Origin: Candidatus Nealsonbacteria bacterium
GTDB taxonomy: Bacteria; Patescibacteriota; Minisyncoccia; Minisyncoccales; PWPS01
Reading direction: 5' to 3'
NCBI GenBank assembly: GCA_003557645.1
Contig: PWNV01000014.1
Coordinates: forward strand, 17,989 to 81,988
Length of the DNA: 64,000 bases
The notes beneath the pieces were generated by a model. That model ran no database searches. It was not told where the DNA came from and saw only the letters and a program-made list of their open reading frames with translations. Each line of letters begins with the position of its first letter. The stretch's first letter is position 1. Shown in pieces: positions 27,227 through 37,569 of this stretch. Both the position numbers and the translations under genes were made by a program.

Positions 27227-28072
27227 ATGACCCTAACAAACAAAGACATTCTAAAAGAAGCTCTCGATAATTACTCCATAACTCCCAAAAAATCACTGGG
27301 ACAAAACTTCGTTATAGATAAGAATGTTATCAAAAAAATTTGTGACTGTGCCGATCTTTCAAAAGAAGATCAAGTCCTTGAAATCGGTCCGGGAACAGGA
27401 GCCCTTACCCTTTCTTTAGCGGAAAAAGTAACTCACGTCACCGCAATAGAAAAAGATAGGAGATTGATGCCCTTACTTCTTGACCTAACAAAAGAGACCA
27501 AGAACATAAGTGTCGTACATAGTGATATCTTGGATTTTTCCATTCCTTTCAAAAAGTATAAAGTTATAGCAAATCTCCCTTACTACGTTACTTCTCCTAT
27601 AATAAAAAAATTCTTAGAAGAATATTTTCCTCCTGAGATGCTTGTTCTCACTGTTCAAAGAGAAGTTGCAGAGAGAATAATAGCGAAACCTCCTAAAATG
27701 AGCCTCTTGTCTGTCTCCGTACAATTTTATGCCGATGCCAAGATAATATCTCACATTTCAAAAAACTCTTTCTGGCCACCTCCTTCTATCGAGTCTTCTA
27801 TTATAAAAATTACTCCAAAGAAAAATTCCTTTGATAAAGCTTTTAAGGAAGATTTTTTCCGCATCCTTAGAAAAGGATTTTCTCATCCCCGAAAACAAAT
27901 ACTAACCAATTTCCAGCTTGACAGAGAAAAGAAAAGTGGGGTAGACTTTACAAAACGAGAGATAATCTGTAACCTTATTAAAAAAAGTAACGTTGATGCA
28001 AGAAAGAGGCCCGAAAGCCTAAACATAGATCAATGGAAATCCCTAACTAAAAATCTTTCAAAAATCATCTAA
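27227..28072 (+). CDS. rsmA: 16S rRNA dimethyladenosine transferase
   Basis: KKSLGQNF, EIGPGTG, ANLPYY, QREVAER. Confidence 0.96.
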   Translation: MTLTNKDILKEALDNYSITPKKSLGQNFVIDKNVIKKICDCADLSKEDQVLEIGPGTGALTLSLAEKVTHVTAIEKDRRLMPLLLDLTKETKNISVVHSDILDFSIPFKKYKVIANLPYYVTSPIIKKFLEEYFPPEMLVLTVQREVAERIIAKPPKMSLLSVSVQFYADAKIISHISKNSFWPPPSIESSIIKITPKKNSFDKAFKEDFFRILRKGFSHPRKQILTNFQLDREKKSGVDFTKREIICNLIKKSNVDARKRPESLNIDQWKSLTKNLSKII

Positions 28073-28083
28073 TATAAAGCTTC

Positions 28084-31000
28084 ATGAAAAAACTTTTTCT
28101 CCTTTCTGCTCTCGTTTGTTTTCTCGCTCTTTCTTTTAACTTCGTGCTGGCAGACGACCCCCCTAAATGTACTCCCAAATGTGAGTGCATTTATGCTGAA
28201 ACTGAGCCCGAGCATGCAGGATGTGGTTTTCCAGAGTGTGGAGGAGTGGTAATAGAGTACTGGTATGATACAAGATGTGGCACGGGTTTTTGTTATGAAG
28301 TTGAAAACGAGTCCAACGGACCCTGGGAAGACGCTAGGCCTGAATGTAATTGGGGTTGGTCTTGTCATCCGGGATGCTTAGATCTTCCCACACCTGACTA
28401 TTATTGGGCTGATCCGGGAGAAACAATTAAACAAAAAGATTATCCTATCGCCTCTCAGTACCCATACGATGAAACTCCAAACGAGAGAGTATATCTTCCT
28501 GTTAAGCTTGGTTGGGACCATATAAGAGGATGGATGCACCCAACAGGACCTAAGTCTTATCGTATACAAATAGACGGGACAACCAGAGATTATCCCCCTC
28601 CTTACTCCTATCCTCCCGCTGACCCGTCCGACCCTGATCCTCCTGGCGGCCCAGGACCATCCCCTCCCGCAGAGGGATTTCTTACTTGGCCAGTTGATAA
28701 TATTTTTAATGTTAGTGATTACTACGCTCAAGACAGACGGGCAGCATCTTTTCCTTATCTCACAGACTATCACACTGGAATTGATTTTTTTGGTGGCAAC
28801 GTCCCGATATATGCAGCGGGCAACGGAGAAGTAGTAAGAGTAAACAGAAGCCTCCAGGCAGGGATGGGAAGATGGGTCTTGATCAAGCACCCCGGCATAA
28901 CCTCCACCGATGGAAGAACTGTCCTTACACGCTATCTCCACTTAAAGAGCATTGATCCCAATCTCAACGAAGGAGATATGGTCACTGCAGGACAACAAAT
29001 AGGAATAATGGGAGGAACAGGAAGTAGTGAAAATAGTTACGCCATACATCTTCACTGGGATGTTTGTTTTGGAAGTTGTAGGTACAGTAACTGGCCTAAT
29101 GAATTTGATGACCCTCTTAATTACATTACTCGTGATCAAAGGTGGGCAGACTTTATAGAAGCAAGAAGAAGTCACCACAATCACGGAAGAGAAAATTACT
29201 ATTGGCCGGGAACTGTGCCTATTTATATAAGTAATAAAGACACCGACCCCTTCGATCTTTACAACACCCCTCCTCCAACCACTTCTCTTAACAGCTCATC
29301 TTCTTCTTGTTCTTTGGTGACAAACGACTCTCTTCCCTCTAACGAAAATAATACCTCCTTTTTATCAGAGCTATCCTCTTCTTTCGTTTTGACATCAAAC
29401 TCTTTAGAAATAACTCTTGAAGAGTGTCTCCGCACCAATCGATTTATTGCTGATAAGTGTCTTCTACGGTCAGACTATAATCACAACTGGAGAGTGCAGG
29501 GCTGTTGTGACACAGAGTGTAACTCGTGTCACCCCACATGCTGGTCAGAATATGATTTTATAACAGACGAAGCTCCTGAACCTATTGAGCCATATGATCC
29601 TAGCTGGGCTGGAGATTACGGAATGGCAGGAGGTCATCATAATCCACTAGGCTTCCAAGACGCAAACTCAAAATGGTGTGATCCAGAAAACGAAGACGAT
29701 TATAAGGGTTATCTCCTTCTTGCTTTTAAGGAAATAAACGGAAATATGGTCTGTCATCCTGATCGTCTTCGTCCCGATGGCGTTTGTCGTCCTATTCTTG
29801 TCCGAGATGACAATCCTGTTCCTATCCACAGAGGACCTCCTCCCACAGAGATTATTAATATAAGAGAAGACCTTTTCAATGAAATAGGAGAAATATTTGC
29901 CTGGAGGGTGGCTGCTTGTGAGGATCATAAAATGGAAGACTGCTCTGACTATAGCCAGAAATGGAGACTTATTGTTGGAGACACAATAAAAAACCCTCAT
30001 GATTTTCAACCCGCAAACGACCCTGAAGGAGAAACTCCTATTGGAATTTATCCAGACGCTACTTTTAGATGGAACTGGCCCTTTGGAGCACACTCTTTTT
30101 GGTTCCAGCTTGCCGTAGATAACGAAAATCAAGACGTCATAATAGAAGAACTCCTAACCACTAACAGCTTTACCGTTCCAGCAGCAACTTTGGGAATTGA
30201 AAATCGCTTTATCTGGAGAGTTAAATCTTGCTACGATGAAGATGGAGAGAACTGCCTTGAAGAGTGGACAGAAAACATTCACTTTACTACTACGGGAAGA
30301 CCTCCTAACCTAGAGGAGACAGCCGTTCCTCCCGACGGAAGTGAGGAAGTGACTATTCCCCTTACCATAGAGTGGGAATCTGTCCCTGGAGCACAGTCAT
30401 ACATCTTTAGAATAGATGGAGAAGAGAGGCGTGTTTCTTCAGAAAAAATTCATCTTAATTATCCACAACTTAAAACAGGGACTGAGTACTCATGGACCGT
30501 AAAAACTTGTGCTGATCCGGGGGGCTCTGCTTTTTGTGGAGGATTTTGGTCTCCTGAAGTAAAATTTACAACTCTAGTTCTTCAGCCCCCTACAAATCCT
30601 AGCCCTGAAGACAATTCCACTCTTTTCACAGACACAAGAAGCATTAACGCTTCTTGGAGCAAGGCCAGAGGAGCAAACTATTACGAGTATGAGATTAGCT
30701 ACCCAGGAGGAGAAACAGAAAGTGATATTATTTCTGGAACATCCTTTTATGTCAACCTTTTTGACTTGGGAACATATAATTGGAGAGTTCGGTCTTGTCT
30801 TGACAGTAACTGCGAAGACAGCAGCGCTTTTTCCAACTGGAGCTTCACCTACGAAGAAATAGAAGCAGATGGAGTGGGTCTTGTTCCTTGTGGAAGGGCA
30901 TACGACAGCCCTAGCACTCCATGGAACGAGAGAGAGCCTTGTCAGTTGAAACATCTATTTATATTGTTTAAAATATTGACTGATTTTGTCCTTTGGAACC

Positions 31001-31224
31001 TTTTCCCAGTTGCTCTTGTTTTAATGGTTTTAACTACTGGTGCTTTGTTTTCGTTCGCTTCACCTTTGGGACCAAGCGTACTAGCAAGAGTAAAACTGTT
31101 ATGGAAAGGAGTAGGAATTGGTTTTGTTGTTCTTTTCTTTGGTTGGATTATTTTAACAATAGGTCTGTCAATGATAGGATACGACGCAGGTATCTACGGT
31201 CCGTGGTGGCAAATCAACTTTTAA
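28084..31224 (+). CDS. Secreted Cys-rich FN3-like repeat protein with M23 peptidase and C-terminal VirB2-like pilin module
   Basis: Signal peptide; HTGID, YLHL, HLH; five WxVxxC repeats; GLVPCG...CQLKHLF plus two TM helices. Confidence 0.75.
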   Translation: MKKLFLLSALVCFLALSFNFVLADDPPKCTPKCECIYAETEPEHAGCGFPECGGVVIEYWYDTRCGTGFCYEVENESNGPWEDARPECNWGWSCHPGCLDLPTPDYYWADPGETIKQKDYPIASQYPYDETPNERVYLPVKLGWDHIRGWMHPTGPKSYRIQIDGTTRDYPPPYSYPPADPSDPDPPGGPGPSPPAEGFLTWPVDNIFNVSDYYAQDRRAASFPYLTDYHTGIDFFGGNVPIYAAGNGEVVRVNRSLQAGMGRWVLIKHPGITSTDGRTVLTRYLHLKSIDPNLNEGDMVTAGQQIGIMGGTGSSENSYAIHLHWDVCFGSCRYSNWPNEFDDPLNYITRDQRWADFIEARRSHHNHGRENYYWPGTVPIYISNKDTDPFDLYNTPPPTTSLNSSSSSCSLVTNDSLPSNENNTSFLSELSSSFVLTSNSLEITLEECLRTNRFIADKCLLRSDYNHNWRVQGCCDTECNSCHPTCWSEYDFITDEAPEPIEPYDPSWAGDYGMAGGHHNPLGFQDANSKWCDPENEDDYKGYLLLAFKEINGNMVCHPDRLRPDGVCRPILVRDDNPVPIHRGPPPTEIINIREDLFNEIGEIFAWRVAACEDHKMEDCSDYSQKWRLIVGDTIKNPHDFQPANDPEGETPIGIYPDATFRWNWPFGAHSFWFQLAVDNENQDVIIEELLTTNSFTVPAATLGIENRFIWRVKSCYDEDGENCLEEWTENIHFTTTGRPPNLEETAVPPDGSEEVTIPLTIEWESVPGAQSYIFRIDGEERRVSSEKIHLNYPQLKTGTEYSWTVKTCADPGGSAFCGGFWSPEVKFTTLVLQPPTNPSPEDNSTLFTDTRSINASWSKARGANYYEYEISYPGGETESDIISGTSFYVNLFDLGTYNWRVRSCLDSNCEDSSAFSNWSFTYEEIEADGVGLVPCGRAYDSPSTPWNEREPCQLKHLFILFKILTDFVLWNLFPVALVLMVLTTGALFSFASPLGPSVLARVKLLWKGVGIGFVVLFFGWIILTIGLSMIGYDAGIYGPWWQINF

Positions 31225-31233
31225 TTTAAATAA

Positions 31234-31920
31234 ATGTCTGATAAAAAAATAGTTATTGTAAGTTTCTTAATGATAGCTTTTCTGGTTCTCTCTACATATA
31301 TCCACAGTCAAAGAACTAGAGATATTCAAGAGAACGGCCATCCCGTGCTGCCAAGCAAAGAGTTCTCTTCTTCCGATCATTCTCTCCCCAAGTTAGAAGA
31401 CATTATCAGTGAAAGATCTGGAGAAAATCAAGGAGAGAGACTAAGAGAGCCCGAAGAAATCGAGTATAAAGAATTTATAGATCAAGATAACAAAATAACG
31501 GTAGAGTACCCTTCACACTGGAAAGTTACAGAAGATGCAACTCCCTTAGGGCAAGATAATATAGATTTCCTTTTTGTTGCTTTCTTAGAAGGATCCTACG
31601 AAGTAAGGGCTGGAATGACCATTTTGAGAGGACAAAACTTAGATGAAGACAGTAATTTGCTTGAAAAAACAGAAAGTACTTTTGCCGATGCCGCTAGCCG
31701 AGAAATTTTAGAAGAAAAAGAAACCGAAAACGGGAAGATATTTAAGACAAAATATAAAGATTCATTAGGAGAGATTCGTGGCAAAGAAAAGGTTATGCAG
31801 GCTAATGATAGTAGTTACATGGTCTCCGTTTTTGTGATGTCTCACTCCTGGGAAGATTTCTTACCTCAAACAGATCATATAATTAATTCTGCCACAATTA
31901 GAACAGAAAACGACTTATGA
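31234..31920 (+). CDS. Membrane-anchored PsbP/DcrB-like protein
   Basis: N-terminal TM; ITVEYPSHW; ends HIINSATI. Confidence 0.5.
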   Translation: MSDKKIVIVSFLMIAFLVLSTYIHSQRTRDIQENGHPVLPSKEFSSSDHSLPKLEDIISERSGENQGERLREPEEIEYKEFIDQDNKITVEYPSHWKVTEDATPLGQDNIDFLFVAFLEGSYEVRAGMTILRGQNLDEDSNLLEKTESTFADAASREILEEKETENGKIFKTKYKDSLGEIRGKEKVMQANDSSYMVSVFVMSHSWEDFLPQTDHIINSATIRTENDL

Positions 31921-33035
31921 TAAAAAAACCCACCTTACTAAAAATAACAAAGCTTGCACTTGTCTTTCTATTTTTTTCTTTTCTTCCTTTTACTTTTTCT
32001 TTTGCCGGCGAAGATCCGGCTGAAACAGAAGTTATCTGGCCCACCTCTCCTGTAGGAACAGAGTTTACTCGAGACATGCCATTGCACGAGCTTATCGCTT
32101 ATTTTTATGAATGGGGTATTGTTATCGGAATACTGGCAGTGTTTGGTATTTTGGTTTTCGCCGGATTTCAATACACAATTTCTGCTGGAAAGCCTGCCAT
32201 GATGACAGACGCCCTAAGTAGAATTCAAGCTGCAATAATTGGTCTTGTTCTTCTTTTATCTTCTTGGCTAATATTAAGCATTATTAACCCTGAATTGGTA
32301 AAAATTTCTCCTATCACATTTAGTATTTCTGATGAAATACGTGGATTAAATCTTGACGTTGATGATCTCTACGGAGCACCAGTCGACGCTGTAGAGTTCT
32401 ATCCTAAAAAGAATTATGAAGGAGATATTATCTCCACATTATATACTCCAAAAAGATCAACATATGAAATAAGAATAGAACAAGTTCATTATTTAAGTCA
32501 GGGTGGAACAGTTGCTGCTCCAGGAGAAGGAGAAGCAATTCCTCCAGAATCAGCAAGAGGATTTACAGCTATTCCTCCTTCCGAGATGATACAGTGGGAA
32601 CAAGGAATAGATCTTGATTATCAAAGATACAGTCATCCTCCTCTAGATGGAGTACTCGCAGGAACAGGATCATATCTCTCCTTTGGACAAAAAATGATTC
32701 CAGATCCCGAAGGTCTTTATAAAGAAGGAGGATCTTCTTTAGTTGATCTTTACGAAGAAACAACCAGGGGTTTTTGGGACTGGCTTACGGGAACGAAAAT
32801 TAATTGTGAAAGCAAATTAAGTCGAGGAATAATTTCCACGGTTGATGTTAGAGAAGGAATTTTTGGTTTTGACAGAGAAATAAACTGCATGATAATTGAA
32901 CGAAGACACGTGCCTTTAGATGATGCCTTGTTTGGTAGTCCTGGTGAAAACGCGGTAAGAGTTTCTCCCGTTTTTTGCGATGGAGGTGATCCGTGTTTCT
33001 ACAATCCTCCGGAAGACGAAATTCCAGAAGATTAA
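31917..33035 (+). CDS. VirB2-like pilin domain with C-terminal extracellular extension
   Basis: AGFQYTISAGKP...IQAAIIGLVLLLSSWLILSIINPEL, the typical CPR pilin pattern. Confidence 0.7.
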   Translation: MIKKPTLLKITKLALVFLFFSFLPFTFSFAGEDPAETEVIWPTSPVGTEFTRDMPLHELIAYFYEWGIVIGILAVFGILVFAGFQYTISAGKPAMMTDALSRIQAAIIGLVLLLSSWLILSIINPELVKISPITFSISDEIRGLNLDVDDLYGAPVDAVEFYPKKNYEGDIISTLYTPKRSTYEIRIEQVHYLSQGGTVAAPGEGEAIPPESARGFTAIPPSEMIQWEQGIDLDYQRYSHPPLDGVLAGTGSYLSFGQKMIPDPEGLYKEGGSSLVDLYEETTRGFWDWLTGTKINCESKLSRGIISTVDVREGIFGFDREINCMIIERRHVPLDDALFGSPGENAVRVSPVFCDGGDPCFYNPPEDEIPED

Positions 33036-33065
33036 ATGTAAGTTATTTTTGATTAAATATAAAAA

Positions 33066-35306
33066 ATGAATTTTTTAAAGGAAAAGTGTAAATCTAAACT
33101 GAGACACGTGTTCACTCTACTATTTTTTCTCTTCTTCCTTTTTATTCCGGAGATAACAGAGGGGTTTGCTTTTAGTCTTGGAGAAAAGCAGCTTGCAGGT
33201 CTTTCTGAAGTAGTGGGTCCAGTTTTGGCTCTTGGTATCTTTCTTTTTGCCTTCCTTATTTTTTCCTACGGCCTTTTAGTGGTAGCAACCGAATATTTGC
33301 TAGCAATTATCATCTCTACTCCCGATGCTCTTACGCTGAGTGCAGAAAAAGCTCCTTTTGTAGATATAGGATGGCAGTTTATTCTAGGAATATCCAACAT
33401 GCTCCTTATTCTTGCTTTTATTGTTATTGCTATCTCCGTTATATTAAGATTCGAAAATCTTGGCTTTAAAAAGGCATTTCCTAGACTAATCGGTGTTGCC
33501 CTTCTTATAAACTTCTCACTGGTGTTTGTAGGGATGGGAATTGATATCTCGAATGTTTTTTTTAGCACTATTGAAAATGAGCTTATTCTAGAGATGGATC
33601 CTGAGTGCTCTTGGCAGGCCGCAGGTCTGGGAGATTGTCCAGAAGACACCAGCCCAAGTGCCGAAGGGAATTGTCTAGGACCAAATCCTGGAGGATCTCT
33701 TTGTTGCTGTTATGAGGCAGAAACCACCACCCTTATATCCGAATCAATGGAGATGCTCTTCTCTGGGGCAGCTCAAAGAATAATTAATTTTGGCGCTATT
33801 CTCGCTGGTTTTGCAGCGGCAATGTTAATACCTTATGTATCTGTAGGGGTGCAGTTTGCAGTTATTATAGCTGGTGTAGTCTGGTTCTCCGATATTATGG
33901 CAATGCTTACTCAGGGACTAATAATGTTTCTTCTTGCAGGAGCTTTCTTTCTCTTTTTTATTATTTTCCTTGTACGAATCTTTGTTATTCAAATACTTGC
34001 TATCGTCGCTCCCCTTGCCTTTATTTGTTTGATTTTCCCAGGAACACAGTTATATAAATATTTTGAAATGTGGGTAAGAAGTCTTCTTCAGTGGCTTTTT
34101 GCTGGTATTGCCTTCCTTTTTCTGCTCATCCTTGGCTTTAATATGGTTGGTATGGTAGATGGTCTCGTAGGGGTTATCGGAGATTTAGAAGTAGAAGGAG
34201 AAAATACCTGGGTTGTTGCAATAAAGAACGTCTTCTTAGACAGTGGTTTTGTTTACTATATCGTCCTTCTTGTTTATTTTGTAACTATTCTTTTTTTCGG
34301 TAAAAAATTCATTCCAGCTGGAGTAGATGCAATGATTAGTCAAGCTAAGTCTGTTAGCTCTTCGGTTACCGGAATAGCAGGAAAAGCATTTAATCGTAGC
34401 CTTGTACCAAAGAGAGCGCAAGATCAAGCCAATGTTCCCGAAGGAGCTGAGAACATGGCAAATTGGATGAGAAAGAGTAGAGTGCCTGGAGCAAGACTAG
34501 CAGCCCCTACTGTTGCTAGATGGGCTAAGAGAAGAAAGGACGAGGCGGAAAAAGAAGCAAAAGAGGTATCAAGAGACTTTCGTCGTATGGATCAAGTAAG
34601 AAGAGCGGGCGGAACCCAGCAAGAATTAAAGGCGTTATCTTCTACAGGAACTAAGAGACAACGCCACGGGGCAGATTTAGCTTGGGAGGCTAAGATAGGT
34701 GAATTAGAAAAGAAGAAAAAAGAAGTAGAAGAAAGTAGAGGAAAAGCTCCATCAAGATCTGAGGTTGAAAAAGATCTTCCAATAAGAACAGGTGAATCTA
34801 CAACAGACTGGAAGATAAGAGTCGGTAAGGAGCTAGACAGAAGAGAAAGGCAACACAACGCCCCTGTAAGAAGAGTTGAAAAAGAGATAGAATCTTGGAA
34901 TCGAATGGCCCCTCATTTGGGAGCTCCTAATGAAGATGATATTGCAAAAAAGATTCCAAAGGTGGAAGGAGAATCTAGAACGCAAAGAAAACAGAAAATA
35001 CAAAAAGCAATGGACGAAGCCTTAAACAAGCATAGAAGTAAAGTAGGAAAAACCGTTAATGATATGTCTCCAAGTGAACAAGCAAGCATGTTGTCTTCTG
35101 CCTATGATAATAAGACGGTTGTTACTCACATGACAAAAAAGAAGGCTAATATTGATGCGCTGGTGGAGAAGAAAAATTATAAGAATCTAAGAAGAACAAT
35201 CAAAACTTTCAATAAGCTTCATCCTAAAGTACGACAAAAGAGAAGAAAAGTCTTCGATACAATAACAGCCACTCCCGCGTGGAAAGAAGCTAAAAGAATA
35301 AAATAG
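33066..35306 (+). CDS. VirB6/TrbL-like polytopic membrane protein with long basic tail
   Basis: GWQFILGISN, LIGVALLINFS, RIFVIQILAIVAPLAFICLIFP, several TM helices; near prgI/virB4. Confidence 0.65.
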   Translation: MNFLKEKCKSKLRHVFTLLFFLFFLFIPEITEGFAFSLGEKQLAGLSEVVGPVLALGIFLFAFLIFSYGLLVVATEYLLAIIISTPDALTLSAEKAPFVDIGWQFILGISNMLLILAFIVIAISVILRFENLGFKKAFPRLIGVALLINFSLVFVGMGIDISNVFFSTIENELILEMDPECSWQAAGLGDCPEDTSPSAEGNCLGPNPGGSLCCCYEAETTTLISESMEMLFSGAAQRIINFGAILAGFAAAMLIPYVSVGVQFAVIIAGVVWFSDIMAMLTQGLIMFLLAGAFFLFFIIFLVRIFVIQILAIVAPLAFICLIFPGTQLYKYFEMWVRSLLQWLFAGIAFLFLLILGFNMVGMVDGLVGVIGDLEVEGENTWVVAIKNVFLDSGFVYYIVLLVYFVTILFFGKKFIPAGVDAMISQAKSVSSSVTGIAGKAFNRSLVPKRAQDQANVPEGAENMANWMRKSRVPGARLAAPTVARWAKRRKDEAEKEAKEVSRDFRRMDQVRRAGGTQQELKALSSTGTKRQRHGADLAWEAKIGELEKKKKEVEESRGKAPSRSEVEKDLPIRTGESTTDWKIRVGKELDRRERQHNAPVRRVEKEIESWNRMAPHLGAPNEDDIAKKIPKVEGESRTQRKQKIQKAMDEALNKHRSKVGKTVNDMSPSEQASMLSSAYDNKTVVTHMTKKKANIDALVEKKNYKNLRRTIKTFNKLHPKVRQKRRKVFDTITATPAWKEAKRIK

Positions 35307-35317
35307 CATCAATTACT

Positions 35318-35725
35318 ATGCCTAAAAAAATAATCTATCCTAAAAATACCAAAGAAGTAATTCAGAGAATTATCGAAGATAGTAATAGGTTAAAATCAAT
35401 GCAAGAAAAGGCCTTTGAGAGATGGAGTAATTCTAAAGAAGGAGAAGAAAGTGAGAAAATTATGTTTTCCTCTCCTGGAGGTGTTATTTCTGAAGCCATC
35501 TCAGACTTTGCGCACGGTGAAATCAAAAAAGAAGATCTGGTCCCTTTGTTTGTTGAGCGCCTTGAAATTAGTGAAAAAAGAGCTCAAAAAATTAAAAAAA
35601 TCTTAAGTACAGAAATATTTCCCCTCCTCTCCTCTTCTGGTGGTAAGAAAAGCAAAAGTGTTTCTTCTGAAGGAGAAAAGAAAACAAAAAAAGAAAAAGA
35701 CCCTTATAGAGAGCCCATAACATAA
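35318..35725 (+). CDS. Hypothetical protein with C-terminal KDPYREP motif
   Basis: 135-aa ORF continuing the operon. Confidence 0.7.
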   Translation: MPKKIIYPKNTKEVIQRIIEDSNRLKSMQEKAFERWSNSKEGEESEKIMFSSPGGVISEAISDFAHGEIKKEDLVPLFVERLEISEKRAQKIKKILSTEIFPLLSSSGGKKSKSVSSEGEKKTKKEKDPYREPIT

Positions 35726-35742
35726 CTCTCTTTATTGTTATT

Positions 35743-35780
35743 AAAAAAGACCGGTACTCTTTAGTGTACCGGTCTTACTT
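35743..35780. terminator. Intrinsic terminator between convergent genes
   Basis: AAGACCGGTAC-8 nt-GTACCGGTCTT preceded by an A-run. Confidence 0.75.
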
Positions 35781-35783
35781 CTT

Positions 35784-37028
35784 CTAATAAAAGAACTTTA
35801 GCCTCCTTTTCCAGGAAAGCTTTGTTTTTGGTTTATACTTTTTCTTGCCGTGATCAGCATCCTCATCGTCGTCATCATCGTCGTCATCATCATCGTCAAT
35901 CTTCTGCCTACTCTCTTTTTCCTTCTCTACTTTCTCTATCTTTTGCTGCTCTTCTTTTTCTCGTTTTTTGTCTTCTTCTTGAATATTTTTTCCTTGTGGC
36001 ATTCTGAGGAATCCCGCAATTGTATTAAGGAAGCTTTTCTCTAGTGATCCGCCTCCCTCAACATCAATATTTACGTAACTACCATTTTCCATTGCCAATT
36101 TTTTCTTGATCATTTCCCTTGCCCAGCGAGCAAAGACTTCCTTCATCTCTGGGTCTTCTCTTATTTCCTTGGCAACTTGACGGGGAGTCTTTCCATAAGC
36201 TTCCGCCATCATATAGACAACGGTCTTAGCGATTTCTCCGGACCTTGCTTTGGCTTTAAATTCTTGCTTTTGTTCGCTGGCCAAAGCCTTTGAGATCTCT
36301 TCGTCCATCGGGGAGATATCAAGGAAAGTAACTCCCTCCTCAGCTATCTTCACTCCCCATTTACGAAGCGTCCCTCCTTCTTCTCTTAACAGTTTGCTCT
36401 CCTTGAGATACTCCCAAATCTTTGCACTTTTAAGTTTGTATAAGTCTTCAAATGAATAACTCGAAACAAAAGAGCGCATCACTCCATCGATTTGGGACAA
36501 CGCTTCCTCTAGTGAGTTCTCCGGAGAGACAAAGAGGAAAAGATAAGGATTTTCAATTTTTAAAGTAACTAAATATTTTACCCTAACTTGAAACCTCTCT
36601 GGCCTTTTCGTTTCAGCGTTCTCTATTTCCGAAGAGTAAACCTCAGGCTTGAGCTTTACTTCATTGAACTCTTCCTTTGCTCCTTTTATACCTTCTTTAC
36701 GCCCATGTTTGTCACTCCATGAGATAGAATAAGTATAAGTTTTTTTGAAGGGAAAGAGTCCAAAATAAAAGAGACCACCAAAAATCCTTCCAGTAATTTT
36801 CTTCCTTACTGCTCCTACTGCTTCGTCGTGCCCTTCTCGTAGCACAGTAAAATTTTCATCCATAAAATGATCTCTCCAGACCATTTTAAAGGAATGAAAC
36901 TGACCAAAGGACATTATTGCCCGAGCCGTTCCTTCTTTAACACTTCCAAAGGAGTGTCTTAGAAAAAAATAAATAAAAGAAACAATACTTCCAAGAAAAA
37001 GAAGAATCAAGACAGTCCATATAATCAT
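35784..37028 (-). CDS. Membrane-anchored SPFH/Band 7-like protein with poly-Asp tail
   Basis: N-terminal TM, VKEGTARAIMSFGQF, MRSFVS, WGVKI...DISP; D10 tract. Confidence 0.55.
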   Translation of the reverse strand: MIIWTVLILLFLGSIVSFIYFFLRHSFGSVKEGTARAIMSFGQFHSFKMVWRDHFMDENFTVLREGHDEAVGAVRKKITGRIFGGLFYFGLFPFKKTYTYSISWSDKHGRKEGIKGAKEEFNEVKLKPEVYSSEIENAETKRPERFQVRVKYLVTLKIENPYLFLFVSPENSLEEALSQIDGVMRSFVSSYSFEDLYKLKSAKIWEYLKESKLLREEGGTLRKWGVKIAEEGVTFLDISPMDEEISKALASEQKQEFKAKARSGEIAKTVVYMMAEAYGKTPRQVAKEIREDPEMKEVFARWAREMIKKKLAMENGSYVNIDVEGGGSLEKSFLNTIAGFLRMPQGKNIQEEDKKREKEEQQKIEKVEKEKESRQKIDDDDDDDDDDDEDADHGKKKYKPKTKLSWKRRLKFFY

Positions 37029-37150
37029 CTCTACACCTCCATTTTTAAGTTGTTAAGTGTACATTTTCTGCCTTTATTTTTTTTATCATTAAATCTTGCT
37101 TTTGTCAAGTACTCTCTTTACTTGCCTTCTCTTTGTGCTAAAATATTTAC

Positions 37151-37567
37151 ATGAGATTCAAAGTTCCAAGAAATATTGAGCATGAAGCAAAAGTAGTGGG
37201 GCCCGCTACTTTTCAGCAAATTCTTCCTATTGGAGGGGCCTCTTTTATTATCTTTATTCTTTACCTTTTACTTAGAGAAAAAAGCATGTTCCTCTTCTTT
37301 TTTCTCTCTACTATCGTTGCTTCCGGCGGCTTCGCTTTGTCTTTTTTAAAAATCAATCAGATGCCCTTATCCCAATACATCAAAAATTACATTTCTTTCT
37401 CCCTTGCTCCGCGAGAGTATATCTGGAAGAAAAAGGAGAAAACTATTAATATATCTACAGAAAGAAAAGCCACGGTAGTAAAAGAAAAAATAGAGAAAGA
37501 AGAGGAAAACAAGCCAAGAAAAGAAAGTCAAATAAATAGAATCAGCTCAAAAATTGATTCACTTTAA
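37151..37567 (+). CDS. PrgI-family (VirB3-like) protein
   Basis: FKVPRNIEHEAKVVGPATFQQ, two TM helices, PREYIWKK. Confidence 0.85.
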   Translation: MRFKVPRNIEHEAKVVGPATFQQILPIGGASFIIFILYLLLREKSMFLFFFLSTIVASGGFALSFLKINQMPLSQYIKNYISFSLAPREYIWKKKEKTINISTERKATVVKEKIEKEEENKPRKESQINRISSKIDSL

Positions 37568-37569
37568 AT

